DNA from: Candidatus Acidiferrales bacterium
GTDB lineage: Bacteria; Acidobacteriota; Terriglobia; Acidiferrales; UBA7541
Assembly (NCBI GenBank): GCA_050747245.1
Contig: JBOGNO010000006.1
Coordinates: 26,005 to 90,004 of the forward strand
DNA: 64,000 nt
Direction of reading: 5' to 3'
This document shows, piece by piece, positions 46,804-57,192 of the stretch (positions within the stretch are counted from its first letter, which is position 1; every line of letters starts with the position of its first letter). Under the pieces are notes generated by a model, which was not told the origin of the DNA, did no database searches, and was given only the letters and a program-made list of their open reading frames with translations. A program made the position numbers and the translations under genes.

Positions 46804-49296
46804 ATGGGATCGTTCTGGCAGGACGTGCGCTATGGATTGCGACAACTTCGACTGAGCCCGGGCTTCGCCGTGGTGGCCGTACTTTCGCTGGCGCTGGGGA
46901 TTGGTGCGAACACCTCCATCTTCCAGCTCATTGACGCCATTCGTTTGCGCACGATTCCGGCAAAGCATCCCGAGCAGCTTGCCACCATCCGCATTGCAGA
47001 CAGACACTGGGCCTCGGGCAATTTTTCGAGCAATTATCCGCAGCTTTCGTACCCCATGTGGCAGCAGATCCGCCAGCGGCAGGAGGCACTCTCTCCCATC
47101 GCTGTGTGGAGCAACACTACATTCAATCTTTCCACGGGCGGCGAAGCACACTATGCCCAGGGAATCTGGGTTAGCGGCGATTTTTTCAATGTGCTGGGAG
47201 TGCAGCCGTTCATTGGAAGGCTGATTTCGCCTGCCGAGGACGTTGCAGGCTGCGGTTCGGCGGGAGTGGATATCAGTTACTCGTTCTGGCAGCGGCAGTA
47301 CGGCGGCCAAGCTTCCGCCGTGGGGAAGCAAATTACCCTCGACGGGCACCCGTTTGTGATCCTCGGAGTCGCGCCGCCCGGGTTTCGCGGAATTTCCGTA
47401 GGGGATTATTTCGATGTGGCCGTGCCGGTTTGTTCGGAGCCGGTGGACCAGGGAGAAGATTCAAGACTCAACATGCGCTGGGGATGGTGGCTCGCTTCGA
47501 TAGGGCGGCTGAAGCCGGGGTGGACGTTGGAGAAGGCGAATGCGCAGTTGAAGGTGATCACGCCCGCGGTGCTTCAAGAGACGATTCCGCCGCAGTATGA
47601 CGCGCAAGGCGTGAAACACTATCTTGAATACCAGCTCGCCGCATATCCGGCGGCGACGGGGTTTTCCAACATGCGTGAGCAATCGGAGACTCCTTTGTAC
47701 CTGCTGCTGGGAATTTCAGGGCTAGTGCTGCTGATCGCCTGCGCCAACATCGCTAACTTGATGCTGGCGCGGGCTAGTGTGCGCGAGCGCGAGATTGCCG
47801 TGCGGCTGGCGCTCGGAGCCTCGCGCGGGAGGCTGATCCGGCAGTTGCTCTCGGAAAGCCTGCTGCTGGCCGTGGCAGGTGCAATTTGCGGCGCGCTCCT
47901 GGCCGGGGTGATGAGTCAATCGCTCATCTCGTTCCTAAGCACGACCAACAACCCGGTCTTCTTGGACCTGGGCCTCGACTGGCGCGTGCTGGGTTTCGCG
48001 ACCGGGCTGGCGTTTCTCACGACGATTCTTTTCGGGCTGATGCCCGCCGTGCGCGCCACAGGCACGTCTCCGGCTGAGGTCTTAAAAGCGGGCAGCCGGG
48101 GCATGACTGCTTCGCCCGAACGATTCGGTCTGCGACGAATTCTAGTGACTTCGCAAGTGGCTCTTTCACTGGTGCTGCTGGTGGGTGCGCTACTGTTCGT
48201 GCGCAGCCTGCGGAATCTAATGACGCTGGACGCAGGATTTCAGCAGAACGGGATTCTGATAGCCAACCTGGATTTCACGCGGATGAATTTGGCGAGCGAG
48301 CGACGATTCGATTTCAAGCACACTTTACTCGAGCATCTTCGCGCGATTCCGGGTGTGGAATCCGCGGCGGAATCGCAGACGACGCCCGTGAGCGGAAATT
48401 CATGGAACCGGACGGTTCTGGGCGATACGCCCGAAAAAGGGCTCGGCAATGTGTGGCTCATCTACGCCAGCCCCGAGTATTTCAAAACATACGGGATTCC
48501 TATCCTGGCGGGGAGAGACATCGCGGAAAGCGATACAGCGACCTCGCCGAAAGTCGCCGTCGTCAATCAGGCGTTCGTCGCCAAGTATTTTGGCGGACAG
48601 AGCCCGGTGGGAAAGACGTTCCGGATTCAGCCGTTTGCGGGAGAGCAACCTCCCGTTTATGAAATCATCGGCGTGGTAAAAAATGCGATTTATCAGGACA
48701 TGCATGAAGAATTTCTGCCGACAGCGTACTTCCCGGAATCGCAGCGATCCAAGCCGGACTCATTTACCAACGTAACGATGCGCTCGAACGTGGCGCTCGC
48801 CGGGCTGATCAATTCAGTTAAGGGCGCCGTGGGGGACGTCAACCCGGATATTGATATTGATTTTCGTGTGTTTAAGACGCAAATCCGCGAATCACTGTTG
48901 CAGGACGAGCTGATGGCCACGCTCTCCGGCTTCTTCGGATTTCTAGCGGCGCTGCTCGCGGCCATCGGGCTTTACGGAGTGATTTCCTACATGGTGGCGC
49001 AGCGCAGGAACGAAATCGGAATCCGCATGGCGCTCGGGGCGCAACGCGGCGACGTGGTGGGCATGATGATGCGCGAGGCGGGGCTTCTGGTGGGCATCGG
49101 GCTGGTGGTGGGGAGCGTGCTGGGGCTCGTGGCCGCGAAGGAAGCGGCATCGCTGCTCTTCGGGCTGAAGCCACGAGACCCGGTGACGTTTGTGATGGCG
49201 GTCGTCGCGCTCGCCGTGGTGGCGGCGCTCGCGAGCTTCCTGCCAGCGCGTCGCGCCGCGGCGCTCGACCCCTGGACGGCGCTCCGCGACGAATAA
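46804..49296 (+). CDS. ADOP-family duplicated FtsX permease, second copy
   Basis: It begins directly at MGSFWQDVRYGLRQL with two FtsX repeats. The N-terminal extension seen in the upstream paralog is absent. Confidence 0.85.
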   Translation: MGSFWQDVRYGLRQLRLSPGFAVVAVLSLALGIGANTSIFQLIDAIRLRTIPAKHPEQLATIRIADRHWASGNFSSNYPQLSYPMWQQIRQRQEALSPIAVWSNTTFNLSTGGEAHYAQGIWVSGDFFNVLGVQPFIGRLISPAEDVAGCGSAGVDISYSFWQRQYGGQASAVGKQITLDGHPFVILGVAPPGFRGISVGDYFDVAVPVCSEPVDQGEDSRLNMRWGWWLASIGRLKPGWTLEKANAQLKVITPAVLQETIPPQYDAQGVKHYLEYQLAAYPAATGFSNMREQSETPLYLLLGISGLVLLIACANIANLMLARASVREREIAVRLALGASRGRLIRQLLSESLLLAVAGAICGALLAGVMSQSLISFLSTTNNPVFLDLGLDWRVLGFATGLAFLTTILFGLMPAVRATGTSPAEVLKAGSRGMTASPERFGLRRILVTSQVALSLVLLVGALLFVRSLRNLMTLDAGFQQNGILIANLDFTRMNLASERRFDFKHTLLEHLRAIPGVESAAESQTTPVSGNSWNRTVLGDTPEKGLGNVWLIYASPEYFKTYGIPILAGRDIAESDTATSPKVAVVNQAFVAKYFGGQSPVGKTFRIQPFAGEQPPVYEIIGVVKNAIYQDMHEEFLPTAYFPESQRSKPDSFTNVTMRSNVALAGLINSVKGAVGDVNPDIDIDFRVFKTQIRESLLQDELMATLSGFFGFLAALLAAIGLYGVISYMVAQRRNEIGIRMALGAQRGDVVGMMMREAGLLVGIGLVVGSVLGLVAAKEAASLLFGLKPRDPVTFVMAVVALAVVAALASFLPARRAAALDPWTALRDE

Positions 49297-49372
49297 TCAC
49301 GCTCGCAAACGGCAAGCGATTTGCTTCGAACTGTGCGAAGTGAGAATATAGGTTCGGAGCGCAACACGCAGA

Positions 49373-49918
49373 ATGCCCATCGAAGTTTCGTCCGGCGTGA
49401 CACTCGAAAGGCCCGGCGAGGAATCGAATTTCCTCAAGGAAGAGGGGATTCTATTCGCGCAACTGGACAAGCTGGTCAATTGGGCGCGAAAGAGCTCGAT
49501 CTGGCCGATGTCGTTTGGCCTGGCGTGCTGCGCGATCGAGATGATGTCCATGGCGGCGTCGCGCTTCGACGTGGCGCGATTCGGCGCGGAAGTTTTTCGC
49601 GGCTCGCCTCGGCAGTCGGACCTGATGATTATCGCCGGACGCGTCTCCGTGAAAATGGCGCCCGTGATCCGCCAGCTCTATGAGCAGATGCCGGAGCCAA
49701 AGTGGGTGATTTCCATGGGCGCGTGCGCCACCTCGGGCGGAGTCTTCAATAATTACGCCATCGTGCAAGGCGTCAATCAGGTGATTCCCGTGGACGTATA
49801 CGTTCCGGGCTGCCCGCCGCGGCCGGAAGCGCTGATCTTCGCTATCATGCAACTGCAGCGCAAGATCGAAAGCGAAAAGGGCAGTTTCCGCAGGTCGCTG
49901 AATTTCCTCAAGTCTTAG
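49373..49918 (+). CDS. nuoB: NADH-quinone oxidoreductase subunit B-like (NuoB/20 kDa) protein, isolated
   Basis: [12 protein letters not shown]...GACATSGG...VPGCPPRPE are the N2 cluster ligands. The protein is full length, but no other nuo genes are adjacent. Confidence 0.75.
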   Translation: MPIEVSSGVTLERPGEESNFLKEEGILFAQLDKLVNWARKSSIWPMSFGLACCAIEMMSMAASRFDVARFGAEVFRGSPRQSDLMIIAGRVSVKMAPVIRQLYEQMPEPKWVISMGACATSGGVFNNYAIVQGVNQVIPVDVYVPGCPPRPEALIFAIMQLQRKIESEKGSFRRSLNFLKS

Positions 49919-49964
49919 TCAGTTTCTTTTTCGTCGCCAACACAACTCAGGGAGAGTGTCCGCT

Positions 49965-51047
49965 TTAGGCGAGCTTTGTCCGGAGCGGCAACTCAATTAC
50001 GCGGGCGCGGCCGCCGGGATATTCGACTTCGCTGCCGGGAGAATTTTGCTCACGGCGTACATAGCCCATGCCGATAAACGCTCTTGCCGCTGGGGAATAG
50101 GCCGCGCTGGTCACGCGGCCGACGCTTACGCCACTTGCGAATAATTCCACGCCGTGCGCGGGCTCCGTGGAACCGTGGAACTCCAGTCCGACGCGGCGGC
50201 GGTTGACGTGGCCGCGCGAGCGCACGCGCTCCACAATTTCCTGACCGGTGTAGCAGCCCTTGTTGAAATTCACGTGGGTAGATTCGAGCGCGGCTTCGTG
50301 CGGGATCACCGTCTCGTCAAAATCGTATCCGAACCAGGGGATTCCGGCTTCCAGGCGCAGACAATTCAAGGCCTCATATCCCACGGGAGCGCCCCCCGCA
50401 TCGCTCACGGCTTCGAAGAGTTCGGTCCAAAGACGGGCAAGGTCTTCGCGCGCGACGAGGATTTCCGCGCCCGCAGCGCCAAAATGCGAGCGGCGAAATA
50501 GCCGAAGATCGATGCTGCCAAGATTCGACAGTGCGTGCGCAAATTCCGGCATGGATGGCAGCTTGATCTGGAAGAGCGAATGCGCAAGCTCGGGTGCGTG
50601 CGGGCCTTCGAAGGCGATGGTGGAAAAATCGGAAGTGATATCCTCCATGGTCACGTCGTCCATAATGATGTACTTGTCGAGCGCAGCGAGGGTGTGTTCG
50701 CGTTCGGAAACATGCGTGAAGACAATGATCTCGTCTTCGCTCGCATAACATTCGAGTTCCGCGAGAATGTGGCCTTGCGGATTTAGCAGGAGCGCCGGCG
50801 TTCCTGTGCCGGGCGCGAGCTGTTTGATGTCCGCAGTGAGAATCGCGTTCAAGTAGCGCACGCTATCCGGGCCGGTGAAGCGAAGGACGGCGCGATAACT
50901 GGTGTCCAGCAGGGCCACGCTCTTCTGCGCGATTTCATACTCGGCGGCAAAATCCGTGAAGCGGCTGGGCAAGAGACACCCAAGCCAGTTTCCGAGCGAT
51001 GCGTGGAGATTCTCATGCTGTTCGCGGAGAGGGGTCTCGAATGACAT
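49965..51047 (-). CDS. YgfZ/CAF17-type folate-binding protein (GcvT-like)
   Basis: The aminomethyltransferase fold carries the C-terminal KGCYTGQEIVERV motif. Confidence 0.8.
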   Translation of the reverse strand: MSFETPLREQHENLHASLGNWLGCLLPSRFTDFAAEYEIAQKSVALLDTSYRAVLRFTGPDSVRYLNAILTADIKQLAPGTGTPALLLNPQGHILAELECYASEDEIIVFTHVSEREHTLAALDKYIIMDDVTMEDITSDFSTIAFEGPHAPELAHSLFQIKLPSMPEFAHALSNLGSIDLRLFRRSHFGAAGAEILVAREDLARLWTELFEAVSDAGGAPVGYEALNCLRLEAGIPWFGYDFDETVIPHEAALESTHVNFNKGCYTGQEIVERVRSRGHVNRRRVGLEFHGSTEPAHGVELFASGVSVGRVTSAAYSPAARAFIGMGYVRREQNSPGSEVEYPGGRARVIELPLRTKLA

Positions 51048-51219
51048 GGCATTGGCGCCTAAAAATTCATCTTAACAGACTCCGCCTGCGGCAGCGGCGC
51101 CCGCCTGGGGCAACAAGATGAATCAGGCTGTCGCCGGAATGCCTTCGGGGCTAAGCTTTCGTGCCGGGGAATTCAGGATGCGTAGGTTCAAATCTGACCT
51201 TCACTGAGGAGGGCATTCC

Positions 51220-52107
51220 ATGCATGCCAGACAGGTTGCGCTTTGGATAATTCTTTTCTCGCTGGCCTCCGGTTCGCTCGGAGCGGGTCAAGAAGTCAAA
51301 TCCTCGGGCCGGCCCGGGGCGCCCAAGCTACTGAATATCGTGCACGAGAGGCTTAAACCCGGGCAGGAAGGCGCATACGCAGCCCTTCTAGCGGAAATCA
51401 CTCGTGACTATAATGGGGTCAAGGACCCGGTCAATTGGCTCGAATTCTCCTCCATCAGCGGCCCTTCGGAAAGTTTTAGCCTGAATTTTCTCGATTCATT
51501 CGCACAGGGCGAGGAGTTTGGCTCCGCGTTGAACGCGTGGATATCGGCTCATCCCGGGCTTCTCAGATCGCAGAGCCTTCTTCTGAGCTTCACGACCGAG
51601 GTGACGAATCAGTTCGTGGTTCGTCGCGATGACTTGGGATACCGCGTGGACAACATTGACTTTTCAAAATCGCGCCTGCTGCGCGTGACGGTTTTCCGTG
51701 TTCGCGCCGGCCACCAAAATGAGTTTATCGAAGCGGCCAAAATGTTGAAAGAGTCCTTTGAGAAGGCCCACTCCGGGGATGCCTGGGTAGTCTATGAATT
51801 GAATTCGGGCGCGCCGGGACCGGAATTCATCATCCTTGAGCCCATGCAGTCGTTGAAGGAGGCGGATGATTCATTTGCCAGGGGCACATCCTTGCAGGAG
51901 GGAAGGGACATGGAGGTTACGCCCGAGCTTCGACAGATCGCGCGTGAAGCATTCATCTCGGTTGAAAGCACGCTTTATGTCGTGAACGCGCCTCAGTCGC
52001 ATGTGTCCAAGGAGTTCGCGGCCGGAGATCCAGACTTTTGGACACCGGCAACGCGACCAGCAGCCCGCGCCCGCAAAAAGCCCGCAGGTTCTAGAAGAGC
52101 CCCGTAG
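51220..52107 (+). CDS. secreted hypothetical protein, internally duplicated (paralog of 16442..17395)
   Basis: It has a signal peptide (MHARQVALWIILFSLASGSLGAGQ) and shares motifs with the 16442 protein. See the finding at 16442. Confidence 0.6.
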   Translation: MHARQVALWIILFSLASGSLGAGQEVKSSGRPGAPKLLNIVHERLKPGQEGAYAALLAEITRDYNGVKDPVNWLEFSSISGPSESFSLNFLDSFAQGEEFGSALNAWISAHPGLLRSQSLLLSFTTEVTNQFVVRRDDLGYRVDNIDFSKSRLLRVTVFRVRAGHQNEFIEAAKMLKESFEKAHSGDAWVVYELNSGAPGPEFIILEPMQSLKEADDSFARGTSLQEGRDMEVTPELRQIAREAFISVESTLYVVNAPQSHVSKEFAAGDPDFWTPATRPAARARKKPAGSRRAP

Positions 52108-52133
52108 TTCGAGCGAAATGCTAAACTGCCTCT

Positions 52134-52805
52134 GTGACCAAACAATTGATACACGAAGTTCTTCCAGTGGGGATGCTGCAGTGCAATTGTTCGATTCTCG
52201 GAGATCCCGAGACGCGCGAAGCCATCGTGCTCGACCCCGGCGATGAAGTGGAGCGCATCGCAGCGGTTTTGAAGCGGCACAATTTGAAAGTCATGGCTAT
52301 CGTGAGCACGCACACGCACATTGACCACGTGGGCGGGCTCGCGAAGCTGCACCGGCTCACCGGAGCGCCGGTCTTCATCCACGAAGATGATCTCGAGCTC
52401 TATCGTGCGCTCGATACGCAGGCGCAGTGGCTGGGCGTGCCACCCCCAGAAAAAACTGAGCTTGCCGATTTCCTCCGCGAAGGCGACAGCGTGCGCTGGG
52501 GAGGATACACGGCAAACGTGTTGCACACGCCGGGTCACACGCCCGGGAGCATTTCACTGTATCTGCCGAACGCCGCCGGTGCGGCAGCACCAGGGAAGGG
52601 AAGTGCGGCGTGGCTCTTCGCCGGGGACACGCTTTTTGCCGGCAGCATCGGGCGCACGGATTTGTGGGGAGGGTCGTTCCCGGATATCATTCGCTCAATC
52701 CAAGGGAAACTGCTTGTTCTTCCCGATGAGACGATCGTGTTTCCTGGGCACGGGCCTGCTTCGACCATCGGGAGCGAGCGCGCCTCGAATCCATTCCTCA
52801 GGTAG
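52134..52805 (+). CDS. MBL-fold metallo-hydrolase (glyoxalase II-like)
   Basis: THTHIDHVGG...HTPGHTPGS...GDTLF are the metal-binding motifs. Confidence 0.8.
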   Translation: MTKQLIHEVLPVGMLQCNCSILGDPETREAIVLDPGDEVERIAAVLKRHNLKVMAIVSTHTHIDHVGGLAKLHRLTGAPVFIHEDDLELYRALDTQAQWLGVPPPEKTELADFLREGDSVRWGGYTANVLHTPGHTPGSISLYLPNAAGAAAPGKGSAAWLFAGDTLFAGSIGRTDLWGGSFPDIIRSIQGKLLVLPDETIVFPGHGPASTIGSERASNPFLR

Positions 52806-52874
52806 CCTCTCGATTTTCCGCACCAAGACCGAAGAACTTATGTTCGTTAAAGAAAATTCGCGAATTTCCGAGGG

Positions 52875-53477
52875 CTACCGGCCGCCGGAGAGATATTTCG
52901 GCGGCACACTGTGCGCGTCGTCTTCGCCTTCCCAGTAAATCGTCATAATCCACCAGCGTTTGCCATCGTTGAATAGTTGAAAACTGTTGATGCCGCGCTC
53001 GAAGGGCTTTTCGCCCGCGGCGTGGCGCGATTCGTACGTGCTCCAGACGTGCGCGATCAAGTCCCATGACTCGGTGCGGTTGGCGACGGAATTTTCGAAG
53101 AAGCCCTGCTTCGTAAAATAGTCCTGCGCCAACTTCGCATATTCGTCCACGGTGACGCCGCGCGCTCCGATTGCTCCACTGGGAGCGCGGCCGCTGGAAA
53201 TCAGGCGCGCGCCGGAATAGAAGAGAGATCGAAAGCGATTCCAATCGCGCGGACCGGCTGGCCCCGAAATGCAGTCATAAACTGCGGCAAGAATGTGTTC
53301 GGGCGTGTCCATATCCTGCGGACGAGCCTGTGGCGTGGGGGCTGGCGCTGGCTGCGTCGAGGCGGGAGACTGATCGGAAGTTTTCGGCTGCGGCTTCTGC
53401 TCCTGGCCCGATGCAGCAAAAGGCATCGCAGTGAACAGGCAGCAAATCATTGTGACCCTGCAAAATTGTGCGTTCAT
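52875..53477 (-). CDS. hypothetical secreted protein (NTF2-like fold suspected)
   Basis: A signal peptide is followed by a Pro/Gln-rich linker. The C-terminal roughly 120 aa resemble SnoaL/DUF4440-like proteins only weakly. Confidence 0.4.
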   Translation of the reverse strand: MNAQFCRVTMICCLFTAMPFAASGQEQKPQPKTSDQSPASTQPAPAPTPQARPQDMDTPEHILAAVYDCISGPAGPRDWNRFRSLFYSGARLISSGRAPSGAIGARGVTVDEYAKLAQDYFTKQGFFENSVANRTESWDLIAHVWSTYESRHAAGEKPFERGINSFQLFNDGKRWWIMTIYWEGEDDAHSVPPKYLSGGR

Positions 53478-53578
53478 ATTGGCTCCAAGTCAGACGGCCG
53501 TAGGATTGGGAGATCACCCGCCACAGCATATAGACGCGAGCAAAGTGAAAAGGTCGTGCGGCGCACACGTTTCAAACT

Positions 53579-53869
53579 CTAAGTGAGCGGAAATTGCTTC
53601 TGCGAGCCCTTCCCTTCGCGCTCGGCGCGCAACTGTTCCATCACCGATTGAATCAATTCCTTCGCGCCGCGGAGTTCGCGGGTGATGAGCTGAATATCCA
53701 TGACCGGAATTTCTGGATCGCGCTGGCTGTGGCAGTATACTCCGTGCTGCCCGACGAGAATCATGGCGTTGGTGACCAGGTCGAGGGTGACGGCGAGTTT
53801 GCCGCGATGCGCGCCCATCATGGTCGCGTAGTGCTCGAGCTCCGCCTTGTAATCTTCAAATGCCGACAT
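53579..53869 (-). CDS. hypothetical protein
   Basis: The approximately 96 aa ORF has no recognisable domain, and its coding status is uncertain. Confidence 0.3.
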   Translation of the reverse strand: MSAFEDYKAELEHYATMMGAHRGKLAVTLDLVTNAMILVGQHGVYCHSQRDPEIPVMDIQLITRELRGAKELIQSVMEQLRAEREGKGSQKQFPLT

Positions 53870-53960
53870 TAAGTTCCTCCTCACACATCATACGCGCAGC
53901 GGGGCCAGCGAAGCGTTCTTGTGTATCATGGACGAGGGAGTAGCGGGAGAGAACAGGGCG

Positions 53961-55178
53961 ATGGTCTGGTCGGAGACATGGAGCCTGGCGCTGCAATCGC
54001 TGCGCGCGCACAAGATGCGCGCAATGCTGGCGATGCTGAGCGTCGTGATCGGCAGCGCGTGCATCGTGCTGGTGGTCACCGTAGCCCTTGCGGGAAGACG
54101 TTACGTGCTCTCGCAAATCGAAGCAGTGGGCTCCAATATCGTTTTTGCAGACTTGGTGGAATCGTCGGCGGCGCAGAGCACCACGCTTTCGGATTATATC
54201 TCGCTCGATGACCTCGCGGCCGTGCGCGAAAACGTTCCGCGAGCGATCGAGGTAGCTGGAACGCGCAACATGCCCATGACCGTGGTAGCCGGCGGCAATG
54301 CCTGGCCCGTGAGTCTGGTTGGCGCTACGCCGGGCTTTCAGAAAATCCGCAACCTGGTCATCGTGAGCGGGCGTTACCTCGATGACGGCGACTTCTTGAC
54401 GCGCAGCAAGGTGTGCGTGGTGAGCGAGCACTTGGCTGCATTGGCGTTTCCGCATGAGTCTGCCCTCGGCCATGATCTCCACGTGGGCGAGCTGAGTTTC
54501 AGCGTCGTGGGAATTTTTCGCGAGCGCGTGGCGACGTTTGGCCAGTCGGAAATTTCCCTGGATTCCGTGATCATTCCATTTCCGCTCTTCCGGTATTACA
54601 CCGGAGATGAATTCATCGAGACGTTTTACGCGCAGGCAGCTACGCCCGCGGACGTGCCCGTGGTGACGAGCGAGGTGGCGGAAATTCTGAAGGGCCGCCA
54701 TCGCCCGCAGGCGGAGTACAACGTGCAAAACCTTATCGCCATCCTGGCCGCGACGCGGCGCATCTCTCTAGCCATGACCGCGGTGCTGCTGCTCTTGGCG
54801 CTGACGGCGCTCGTCGTGAGCGGCGTGGGTATCATGAACATCATGCTCGCGAGCGTAACGGAGCGGACCATGGAGATCGGCATTCGCAAGGCCATCGGCG
54901 CGAGGCGGCGTGAAATTCTGGCGCAGTTTTTGCTTGAAGGAACGCTCATAAGCGCTGCCGGAGCGCTTATCGGCATCGGCGTGGCCGTGTTTCTGCCGGT
55001 TTCGATTCGCGCCTTGATGCGGCTCCTTCCCGTGCCCGGAGACATCACCGTTCCGATCTCGTGGCTTTCGGTGGTGCTGGCCTTTGTAGTATCCTGCGTT
55101 TCGGGCATATTATTCGGCTACCTTCCGGCAAGAAGGGCCGCCAGACTCGAGCCCGTAGAATCGCTACATTATGAATAG
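53961..55178 (+). CDS. ABC transporter permease, MacB-like (FtsX family), orphan
   Basis: An N-terminal TM helix, a MacB periplasmic domain, and a C-terminal FtsX 4-TM domain (GIRKAIGARRREIL) are present. No ATPase or MFP gene is adjacent. Confidence 0.75.
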   Translation: MVWSETWSLALQSLRAHKMRAMLAMLSVVIGSACIVLVVTVALAGRRYVLSQIEAVGSNIVFADLVESSAAQSTTLSDYISLDDLAAVRENVPRAIEVAGTRNMPMTVVAGGNAWPVSLVGATPGFQKIRNLVIVSGRYLDDGDFLTRSKVCVVSEHLAALAFPHESALGHDLHVGELSFSVVGIFRERVATFGQSEISLDSVIIPFPLFRYYTGDEFIETFYAQAATPADVPVVTSEVAEILKGRHRPQAEYNVQNLIAILAATRRISLAMTAVLLLLALTALVVSGVGIMNIMLASVTERTMEIGIRKAIGARRREILAQFLLEGTLISAAGALIGIGVAVFLPVSIRALMRLLPVPGDITVPISWLSVVLAFVVSCVSGILFGYLPARRAARLEPVESLHYE

Positions 55179-55269
55179 TGCCGCTTCGCAAGCTCGGCGA
55201 AGCGCAATCGGCCGTGCGCGGGCATGATATCTCCTGCGGTCTGTGCCGCGGCATCAGGAGTCCTGGAAC

Positions 55270-57192
55270 TTGTGCGGGATAGCAGGTTTCACTCGTAAAA
55301 ACTTCTCACCGCCCGCTGGCCGCATCCGCGAAGCCGGTGCGACGCTTCTCCATCGCGGTCCGGATCAGCAGGGAGAGTTCGAATCTGCGCACGTAGCCCT
55401 CGCCGCGACACGATTGAAAATCCTCGATCTCGCCGGCGGCGATCAGCCTATCTATTCCGAAGACGGGGGCACGGTTATCGTCTTTAATGGCGAAATCTAT
55501 AACCATCTCGATTTGCGCAAGGAGCTCGAATCGCTCGGCCACCGGTTTTACTCCCACTGCGATACGGAGACTGTGCTGCACGCCTTTCTCGAATGGGATA
55601 TCGAAAGTTTTTCGCGGCTGCGTGGGATGTTTGCCGCGGCTCTTTGGACGGAATCCGAGAAAAGGCTGATGCTTGTGCGCGACCGTATGGGCATAAAGCC
55701 GCTCTATATCGCGCGTCGCGGAGAAGATGTGCTTTTCGGATCCGAGCTCAAGGCGATTCTTGTTCATCCGGAGATTGAACGCCGCGTGAGCTTGGCCGGC
55801 CTTGATTGCTATCTGTCGCTCAACTACGTACCTTGCCCTTGGACGCTGATTGAGGGAATCGAGAAACTTCCTCCTGGCCAGTGGCTCGAATGGCGGGACG
55901 GGCGGATCACCACGGGCTCGTACTGGAGGCTACCCGCAGGGCCTGCGCACGATCGGACGCTCGAGGAAGCAAAGGAAGAGCTCGACGCGCTCATGAGGCA
56001 ATCCGTGCGCGAGCATTTGCTTTCGGATGTGCCTTTGGGCATGTGGCTGAGCGGTGGAATCGATTCTTCGACCATCTTGCATTACGCCGCAAGTGCGTCG
56101 AGTGCGCCGCTCAAGACCTTCTCGATTTCGTTTCGCGGCCGGAGTTTCGATGAATCGAAATACATTCACGAAGTCGCCGCGCGTTATGGCACAGATCATC
56201 AGGAGCTGGACCTGAATCCAGCCGAGGATCTGGCCGGCGCGATCGAGGAATTCGCGTATTACGCCGACGAGCCATGCGCCGATGCGGGCGCTCTGCCGGT
56301 GTGGTTCCTTGCGCGCCTGAGCAAGAAATCCGTCACCGTGGCCCTCAGCGGCGAAGGCGCGGACGAGCTCTTCGGCGGCTATCTCACGTATCGCGCGAAT
56401 GTGCTGGCGGAGCGCATGCGGCATTTGCCATCGAGCTTTTTGCGAGCGGCGCGTGCTGCCGTACATCTCTGGCCGGCGTCGGATGAAAAAATCAGCACGG
56501 AATACATGCTCAAACGATTTTTCAGCGGCGCGTTGATGGATTCTGCCCGCGCCCACGTTTATTGGAACGGGACTTTTTCCGAGGAAGGGAAGCGGGCGCT
56601 GGCCGCGGGGCTCCCCGCAGCGCTCGACGGCCTGCTGGGCGAACTGCGCGATGCGGCGCGTTCGGGCGATGGCTATGCGCCGTACCTTTGGTTCGATCAG
56701 AAATACTTTCTACCTGACGACATCCTCAATAAAGTGGACCGCATGAGCATGGCGCATTCGCTCGAAATCCGTCCGCCGTTCCTGGACCATCGCATTGTGG
56801 AGTTCGCGGCATCGCTGCCTTCTTCGCTAAAGTTTCGCGGTTCGCGGCAGAAAATTATTCTAAAGGAGTTGATGAAAGATAGGCTGCCGCCTTCGATTCC
56901 GCGGCGTAAGAAAATCGGGTTTGATATTCCGGCGCACGAATGGCTCCGCGGGCCACTGCGTGCCCTGCTGCAAGACGCGCTTGCGGAGGGCGCCGCCGCG
57001 CACAACGGACTTTTTCGTCCCGCGGCCATCGAAACCTGCCTGCGCCAGCACCTCGCGCGCCGCGCCAATCTGGGCTACCACTTGTGGGGCCTGATGATAC
57101 TTTTCCTGTGGATGAAGAAATGGCGAGTGCAAACAACGCACCTCTCCGCGCCGGTTCCTCCGGTGGCGGAAAGCGTTCTTACCTCTACCTGA
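55270..57192 (+). CDS. asparagine synthase (glutamine-hydrolysing) family amidotransferase
   Basis: A TTG start places the catalytic Cys at position 2 ((M)CGIAGF). AGGAG lies 9 nt upstream. SGGIDSS is the PP-loop. Confidence 0.75.
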   Translation: MCGIAGFTRKNFSPPAGRIREAGATLLHRGPDQQGEFESAHVALAATRLKILDLAGGDQPIYSEDGGTVIVFNGEIYNHLDLRKELESLGHRFYSHCDTETVLHAFLEWDIESFSRLRGMFAAALWTESEKRLMLVRDRMGIKPLYIARRGEDVLFGSELKAILVHPEIERRVSLAGLDCYLSLNYVPCPWTLIEGIEKLPPGQWLEWRDGRITTGSYWRLPAGPAHDRTLEEAKEELDALMRQSVREHLLSDVPLGMWLSGGIDSSTILHYAASASSAPLKTFSISFRGRSFDESKYIHEVAARYGTDHQELDLNPAEDLAGAIEEFAYYADEPCADAGALPVWFLARLSKKSVTVALSGEGADELFGGYLTYRANVLAERMRHLPSSFLRAARAAVHLWPASDEKISTEYMLKRFFSGALMDSARAHVYWNGTFSEEGKRALAAGLPAALDGLLGELRDAARSGDGYAPYLWFDQKYFLPDDILNKVDRMSMAHSLEIRPPFLDHRIVEFAASLPSSLKFRGSRQKIILKELMKDRLPPSIPRRKKIGFDIPAHEWLRGPLRALLQDALAEGAAAHNGLFRPAAIETCLRQHLARRANLGYHLWGLMILFLWMKKWRVQTTHLSAPVPPVAESVLTST

